The notes beneath the pieces are model-generated. The model was not told where the DNA came from and did no database searches. It was given only the letters and a program-made list of their open reading frames with translations. Made by a program: the position numbers and the translations under genes. Shown here in pieces: positions 37,101 to 42,206 of a stretch of DNA of 42,206 nucleotides. The stretch is from a virus (lineage: Duplodnaviria > Caudoviricetes): positions 1-42,206 of the IMG/VR virus record IMGVR_UViG_3300020592_000112; one strand, 5' to 3'. Position 1 is the stretch's first letter, and each line of letters starts with the position of its first letter.

Positions 37101-37346
37101 TCAGCGCGCGGGTGCGGTCGCGTGGTTCAGCGTGCCGCAGCCACGGCAGGTGGCCTGAACCGGAAAGCCCACGAGATACTCGTGCCCCCGCGCGAAGCGC
37201 AGGTGCATCCGGCCGTCCCGGCAGACGCCGAGCAGCTTGTCACAGCGCGTGCAGCGCCATTCCGAGTTGGGGGTGGTGGGCTTGATCGTCGCGGCGCCGG
37301 ACCAGCTCATCTGGGCTGCCTGGCGCGAGGGGAAGGGAGTCGGCAC
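37101..37346 (-). CDS. Com-like zinc-finger protein
   Basis: WRCTRCDKLLG...CRGCGTLN; GTG start after GAGGAG. Confidence 0.75.
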   Translation of the reverse strand: MPTPFPSRQAAQMSWSGAATIKPTTPNSEWRCTRCDKLLGVCRDGRMHLRFARGHEYLVGFPVQATCRGCGTLNHATAPAR

Positions 37347-37389
37347 TGGATTGCTCCTCTATGTGGAGCCCTTCCAGTAATCAGCGGTT

Positions 37390-37433
37390 TGTTAGACCGT
37401 CCCCCGTCGCATGTTAGACCGTTGTTAGACGGT
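37390..37433. repeat. Three 11-bp direct repeats TGTTAGAC(C/G)GT
   Basis: Starts at 37390, 37412 and 37423 (spacing 22 and 11 bp), upstream of the Com-like gene. Confidence 0.85.
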
Positions 37434-39668
37434 CTCTTCGACCCGGGCTTCGGCGACGCCTTCCGTCGGCGGCGCATCAACCAGCAGGCGCCAGTATCCT
37501 CGTTTGGAACCTGCGCCTATGTAGACGTCGCGGATGCTGTCCCAGGTCTCCTTCCGGAATGCCTGCTGGGGGCTGCGCGATCCCAGCCCGTCCATCAGCT
37601 GTTTGACCTGGACATCGGGGCTGCCGGTCTTCTCGGCGGCGACCAGACGATCGAACAACGTGATCTGATCCGCGCCCGTCAGTGCCAGAGGGGCCTTGCC
37701 GGGGATATGCAACGTCGCCGATTGCGTCCCCGACCGGAGGACCTGCGGCGTCGCGCCGCCGCGCGCCAGCGAGCGGTTGGTCCGATAGGCGAGTTCGAGC
37801 GCGTCCCTGGAGACGAGGAGATCGTCAGCGCCGGGAGACAGGCAGGAAAGTACGTGGACGATGAGGTTCGGACCGAGATATGCGGGTCCTTCAGCGCTGG
37901 CAGACAGTACGATGCCGACGCCGGCCGCGTTCCGCGCGCGCATAAGCTGATCAAGGCGAGAAATCGTCTTGAGGTCATGAAGGCGGCGCGCGAAGTAGAC
38001 CGGTACATCGGCGTTATCGATCCGCATGGACCCCAGCAACGACAGGTCAGGATCGAGCACCTGCGCCGCCGATTTGTTCAACATTGGTTTCAGAAGCCCG
38101 ACCACCGTTTCGTGCAGCCACTCGCGGTTGATCTCGTACATCTCGAGATCCGACGTCGGCCTCAGTCCGCCGTCCTTGCCGAAGGCGCCGACAATGCGCG
38201 ACATGCCCTCGATACCGGATGGCTTGACAGCAGCTTCGCCGCCCATGTCGTCATCGTCGATCAGCACGATGTCCTGCCGCCCCCGCCGGTCGAGAAGACC
38301 GCCCTGAATCATGCGATCCGGATCGAGACCGAGTTCGCGCAGATGCTCTCCGCTGACATCGTCTTCAGTTCGGTTGTGAAGCACGACCAGCTGGGGGAAA
38401 ATCCCACGCAGGTCGGTGGTCTCGATCTGCTTGAAGGCACTGAGAATGCCCCAAGCATCGAGCAGCGCGAAACCGAGGTTCCGCTCATCCGGATCCTTGT
38501 TGCTTTGAAGATTGCAGCTCTTTGAACCAGAAATGGTGATGTTGAGCGTCCGCACCTTGTCGTCACCGACGCGATTGTAGGTGACGGCAATTCCCACGCG
38601 GCTGAAGCCATCGGCGCGCCGGAAGATGTTGTTGGGCTTGAGGTAGCGGTCGGCGACTTCCTCGATATCATCGTCCGCCGCCACCTTCAGAAGGAGCTTT
38701 CGGCTCCAGGAGCCAAGCCGGATTTCGGCCTCAAGGACGCGGGCGGCGGTGATCTCGTAGCCGGACACACGAGGCAGATCGAGCCGCAGAGAACTGCGAA
38801 AGCGCGAAAGGTTGTAGCGCTTCCAGGTCAGCGGTTTCTGTGACACGTCGTGGCCGAGTACTTCCTCGGCGAACGACCCGGCAACGCCCTGTCGAACCAC
38901 GGTGCTATCCGCGCAGACCTCGATCTGTCGGATCGCGGGTGTGTAGATGAGCGTCGCCTCGTTCGGCGGACGATAATAGATCGTCCCGCGGCGCCCGTCG
39001 TTCCGGTGGTCATGGACGCTTGACAGCGGCCCGCCATGGCGAACTATCAGCATGATCGACGCGGGATGCGCGGGTGTGGCTGGCAGATCGAGCGCCTTGA
39101 CTGTGCAGGCCGTCTTGAGCTGAAGAACCTTCGTGATCTTCCCGGCGAGAGCGATCTCGTCGATTGCCCCCGAGTTGAGGTTGACCGCCTTTTCGAGTTC
39201 CACTTCGAAGGCATCGTACAACTTGCCGTAGTCTCTGAACTTCCTAGCGAAATGGAAACTCTCGGCATCCTCGAATGTCTGGCGGGCGTTCAGGAAGGCC
39301 CAGATGCTCTTGCAGAGCGGATCGGGTTGCCGATCGAATTTGAGCGCTTGCTCGTCGGTGAGTTGCTGTTCCGTGATGGCCGTGAGGGAGTCGATGCCCT
39401 TGCCTTCTGCCAACGCAAGGACGCGACGGGATCGCTGCTCTGCGGGCCGCAACTCGTCCGGGTCGTACTCCGACAAGGTCTGAAGCAGGCCTTGCCGAAA
39501 CTCATTCACCGCCTCTTCATCTGCCAGGTCGGGAAGCTCGGTAGGAAGGCCGAAATCGGGCTCGTTCTCGCCCTCCCTTACCGCGAGGACCGCTCTCGCA
39601 AGATCAACGCGGGCATCCTCGATCAGGCAGTGAACATGCGGACCGATCGGGGATGCTTTGCGCGCCAT
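37425..39668 (-). CDS. Large uncharacterised protein (747 aa) with probable C-terminal winged HTH
   Basis: Start MARKASP after GAGG; C-terminus QITLFDRL...VKQLMDGLG...AF...W...YI...KRGYWRL looks wHTH-like; no family recognised for the remainder. Confidence 0.7.
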   Translation of the reverse strand: MARKASPIGPHVHCLIEDARVDLARAVLAVREGENEPDFGLPTELPDLADEEAVNEFRQGLLQTLSEYDPDELRPAEQRSRRVLALAEGKGIDSLTAITEQQLTDEQALKFDRQPDPLCKSIWAFLNARQTFEDAESFHFARKFRDYGKLYDAFEVELEKAVNLNSGAIDEIALAGKITKVLQLKTACTVKALDLPATPAHPASIMLIVRHGGPLSSVHDHRNDGRRGTIYYRPPNEATLIYTPAIRQIEVCADSTVVRQGVAGSFAEEVLGHDVSQKPLTWKRYNLSRFRSSLRLDLPRVSGYEITAARVLEAEIRLGSWSRKLLLKVAADDDIEEVADRYLKPNNIFRRADGFSRVGIAVTYNRVGDDKVRTLNITISGSKSCNLQSNKDPDERNLGFALLDAWGILSAFKQIETTDLRGIFPQLVVLHNRTEDDVSGEHLRELGLDPDRMIQGGLLDRRGRQDIVLIDDDDMGGEAAVKPSGIEGMSRIVGAFGKDGGLRPTSDLEMYEINREWLHETVVGLLKPMLNKSAAQVLDPDLSLLGSMRIDNADVPVYFARRLHDLKTISRLDQLMRARNAAGVGIVLSASAEGPAYLGPNLIVHVLSCLSPGADDLLVSRDALELAYRTNRSLARGGATPQVLRSGTQSATLHIPGKAPLALTGADQITLFDRLVAAEKTGSPDVQVKQLMDGLGSRSPQQAFRKETWDSIRDVYIGAGSKRGYWRLLVDAPPTEGVAEARVEETV

Positions 39669-39750
39669 GAACTTACCTCGATGAACTACTGCTCTTAATT
39701 GATTCAACCTGCGATAATCATGGACACATCCGTGATCGGCAAGTCATGAT

Positions 39751-39765
39751 GTTCTCGCCCCGTTC
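39751..39765. promoter_or_regulatory. Alphaproteobacterial LexA (SOS) box
   Basis: GTTC-TCGCCCC-GTTC, exact GTTC-N7-GTTC, 8 bp upstream of a - strand TTGCCG-N17-GATTAT promoter candidate (39742-39714). Confidence 0.65.
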
Positions 39766-39792
39766 GCATTTCTACATTTCGTTCCTCTGAGA

Positions 39793-39822
39793 TGTCCCGT
39801 CCTCGACGGCCTAGTGGCTTTT
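39793..39822 (+). promoter_or_regulatory. Phage sigma-type promoter, copy 3
   Basis: TGTCCCG-N14-GTGGCTTTT, 35 nt upstream of the recombinase operon. Confidence 0.7.
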
Positions 39823-39857
39823 GATCGGTAAGCACCACCGATCACGGCTACCAAGAC

Positions 39858-40061
39858 ATGAAACGCCCTAATCCTCTCCCGCCGGACCAGATGACGCCCG
39901 CAGAACGCCGCGCCGAGTTGTGCGGCCTGCTGGCGCTCGGGCTGGTTCGGTTGCGGATGCGGGATGGGCGGGAAGTATCTGACGATACTGGAGAACGTTG
40001 CCTACACTATCCGGCCGACCAATGCCGTCATGCAACCCCGAACCCAACGGAGACCGCATGA
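39858..40061 (+). CDS. Small protein heading the recombinase operon
   Basis: 67 aa, MTPAERRAELCGLLALGLVRL; ATGA overlap with the next gene. Confidence 0.65.
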   Translation: MKRPNPLPPDQMTPAERRAELCGLLALGLVRLRMRDGREVSDDTGERCLHYPADQCRHATPNPTETA

Positions 40062-40513
40062 CGACGCACGACCCCATCCCCGCGCGCCTGGCCGCGCTGA
40101 AGACGACCCCGACACCAGACCTGAAGAAGCAGTGGCGCGACCTGTTCGACAGCGAACCGCCGCCGTTCAACCGGCGCTACCTTGAATCCCGCCTAGCCTA
40201 CCGCATTCAGGAACTCGCGTATGGCGGGCTGAAGCCCGAGACGATCCGGCGGCTGGAACGACTCGGCGAGGAACTGGACGGCGGCGACAGGAAGAAGCGC
40301 GGAATGCGCGCCGATCGTGACCGCCCGATCACCGGCACGCGGCTGCTGCGAGAATGGCAGGGCGTCGAGCAGATCGTCACCGTCACCACCGACGGGTTCG
40401 AATGGCAGGGGCGGCCCTACAAGTCGCTGTCTGCCATCGCCCGCGCCATCACCGGCACGCGCTGGAACGGGTGGGTCTTCTTCGGCCTTAAGAACCACAG
40501 GGGGCGGAGATGA
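40058..40513 (+). CDS. DUF2924 protein
   Basis: Start MTTHDP after GGAGA; LAYRIQELAYGGL, GTRLLREWQG, YKSLSAIARAITGTRWNG. Confidence 0.88.
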   Translation: MTTHDPIPARLAALKTTPTPDLKKQWRDLFDSEPPPFNRRYLESRLAYRIQELAYGGLKPETIRRLERLGEELDGGDRKKRGMRADRDRPITGTRLLREWQGVEQIVTVTTDGFEWQGRPYKSLSAIARAITGTRWNGWVFFGLKNHRGRR

Positions 40514-41835
40514 CGAAGCCACCCGAAAAATCGAAGGTCGTCCCCAAGCTGCGCTGCGTGGTGTACACCCGCAAATCCTCCGAGGAGGGGCTGGAGCAGG
40601 AGTTCAACAGCCTCCACGCCCAGCGGGAGGCATGCGAGGCCTACATCGCCAGCCAGCGCTCCGAGGGCTGGGTGCTGGTCCGCGATCAGTACGACGACGG
40701 CGGCATCTCCGGCGGCACGCTGGAACGCCCCGGCCTCAAGCGTCTGATGGCCGACATTGAGGACGGGCTAGTCGATGTGGTCGTGGTCTACAAGATCGAC
40801 CGTCTCAGCCGCTCGCTCGCCGACTTCGCCAAGCTGGTGGAGGTGTTCGACCGCAACGACGTGACCTTTGTCTCGGTCACGCAGTCGTTCAACACGACCA
40901 CGTCGATGGGGCGGCTGACGCTGAACATCCTGCTGTCCTTCGCCCAGTTCGAGCGCGAGGTGACGGCCGAGCGCATCCGCGACAAGGTCGCCGCCAGCCG
41001 GAAGAAGGGTATGTGGATGGGGGGCGTGCCGCCCTACGGCTACCGGGTGGAAAACCGCAAACTGCTGGTGGACGAGGAAGCCGCCGCGCACATCCGCTGG
41101 ATCTTCGCCCACTTCCTCGAGATCGGGTCGGGCACGGAGCTGGCGAGAGAGATCGCGAAACGCGGCATTCAGACGCCGCGCGGCAACCGGATCGACAAGA
41201 AATACATCTACCGGATGCTGAGCAACCGCGCCTACATCGGCGAGGCGGTGCACAAGGGCGACAGCTACCCCGGCGAGCACGACGCCATCATCGACCGCGA
41301 GACGTGGGACAGCGTCCACGCCATCCTGCAGGAGAGCCCGCGCAAGCGTGCCGCGCGCACCCGCGCTGAGACGCCCGCACTGCTGAAGGGGCTGCTGTTC
41401 GGCCCGGGTGGCGCGGCCTTCTCGCCGACGCATACGCGCAAGGGTGGGCGGTTGTACCGCTACTATGTCAGCCAGACAGTGCTGAAGCATGGCGCTGGAT
41501 CCTGCCCCATCGGCCGCGTGCCAGCGGGGGAGATCGAGGCCGCGGTCATTGACCAGCTGCGCGCCGTGTTCCGCCAGCCGGAGATCGTGGCCGGGACGTG
41601 GAAGGCGGCGCGCGCCCATGCCGCCGGAATGACCGAAACAGACGCCCATTCGGCCCTCCAGCAGCTGGATCCACTGTGGGACGAACTGTTCCCCGCCGAG
41701 CAGGCACGAATCGTGGCGCTGCTGGTCGAGCGGGTGGACATCGGCACGGATGGGCTCAACGTTAGGCTCCGCGTCGACGGACTCAGTAGCCTCGCTCGCG
41801 AGATGCTGGCCGGCGGGATCGGAGTAGCCGCATGA
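40510..41835 (+). CDS. Large serine recombinase (integrase)
   Basis: YTRKS catalytic Ser, DGGISG, RP, DRLSRS, FAQFERE, PYGY; recombinase domain. Confidence 0.95.
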   Translation: MTKPPEKSKVVPKLRCVVYTRKSSEEGLEQEFNSLHAQREACEAYIASQRSEGWVLVRDQYDDGGISGGTLERPGLKRLMADIEDGLVDVVVVYKIDRLSRSLADFAKLVEVFDRNDVTFVSVTQSFNTTTSMGRLTLNILLSFAQFEREVTAERIRDKVAASRKKGMWMGGVPPYGYRVENRKLLVDEEAAAHIRWIFAHFLEIGSGTELAREIAKRGIQTPRGNRIDKKYIYRMLSNRAYIGEAVHKGDSYPGEHDAIIDRETWDSVHAILQESPRKRAARTRAETPALLKGLLFGPGGAAFSPTHTRKGGRLYRYYVSQTVLKHGAGSCPIGRVPAGEIEAAVIDQLRAVFRQPEIVAGTWKAARAHAAGMTETDAHSALQQLDPLWDELFPAEQARIVALLVERVDIGTDGLNVRLRVDGLSSLAREMLAGGIGVAA

Positions 41836-42206
41836 CCTGCCCCGCAGCCGAAACCATGACGCTCCATGTCCCGTTCCGCATCGTCCGGCGCGGCGGGCGG
41901 AAGGTAATCGCACTCCCCGACGGCGCGCAGGCCCCGCGGCGGCCCGACGACGCCCTCGTCAAGGCCCTTGCGCGCGCCTTCCGCTGGAAGCGTATGCTGG
42001 AAGCCGGCGACTTCGCCACCATCGCCGAGCTTGCCGAGCGAGAGGGCATCGCGCCCTCCTACCTCACACGCGTCATGCGCCTGACGCTGCTCGCACCCGA
42101 CATGGTGGCGGCGATCCTCGACAGCAGGCAGGGACCGGGGGTGACCTTGGCCCGGCTGATGAACGGGTTCCCGGAGGAGTGGGAGAGCCAGCGGAAGTCT
42201 TTCTGA
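41832..42206 (+). CDS. Recombinase-associated HTH protein
   Basis: VPFRIVRRGGRK, LVKALARAFRW...TIAELAEREG....Y..R..RL.LLAP; ATGA-coupled; ends at the last base of the window. Confidence 0.8.
   Translation: MTCPAAETMTLHVPFRIVRRGGRKVIALPDGAQAPRRPDDALVKALARAFRWKRMLEAGDFATIAELAEREGIAPSYLTRVMRLTLLAPDMVAAILDSRQGPGVTLARLMNGFPEEWESQRKSF

Larger units (their letters stand above)
1951..42206. mobile_element. Prophage (siphovirus with lambda-like head, RcGTA-like tail/baseplate and a large serine integrase)
   Basis: Contiguous lysis, tail, head, packaging, replication, regulation and recombinase modules with ATGA/TGATG coupling. Boundaries are approximate, att sites were not identified, and the element may continue past 42206. 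Confidence 0.93.

Overview
This is a GC-rich alphaproteobacterial (Rhodobacterales-type) window. A lambda-head / RcGTA-tail siphoviral prophage with an apparently complete gene set fills about 1.95-42.2 kb, next to a DUF305/CopM-YVTN metal-binding gene at 1-1572. On the - strand, read right to left, it carries a 747-aa protein with a likely C-terminal wHTH, a Com-like zinc finger and a sigma70-family factor. Replication and recombination genes follow (Sak4-like ATPase, SSB-like protein, SF2 helicase, Cas4-like nuclease, primase-helicase, ori-like palindrome cluster, RuvC-like resolvase). Next come a late regulator, a lambda-like cos candidate, a ParB-MTase, TerS/TerL, portal, protease-capsid fusion, tail genes with a -1 frameshift chaperone, a GTA-type baseplate, a GH108 lysin and a holin. 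On the + strand are a DUF2924 / large serine recombinase module, a DUF3489 pair, and a low-GC two-gene cassette inserted antisense in the tail operon. The two best leads are (1) that cassette, a YaaC-family (HEPN-like) protein plus a DNPH1/RCL-like nucleotide N-glycosidase, as a candidate undescribed anti-phage system, and (2) an induction cascade with no CI/Cro pair visible. The cascade is read from cis-elements: a LexA box, 11-bp phased repeats, a Com-type hairpin over the sigma start, and three exact TGTCCCG-N14-GTGGCTTTT promoter motifs. Family names come from motif recognition, not database searches. att sites were not found.
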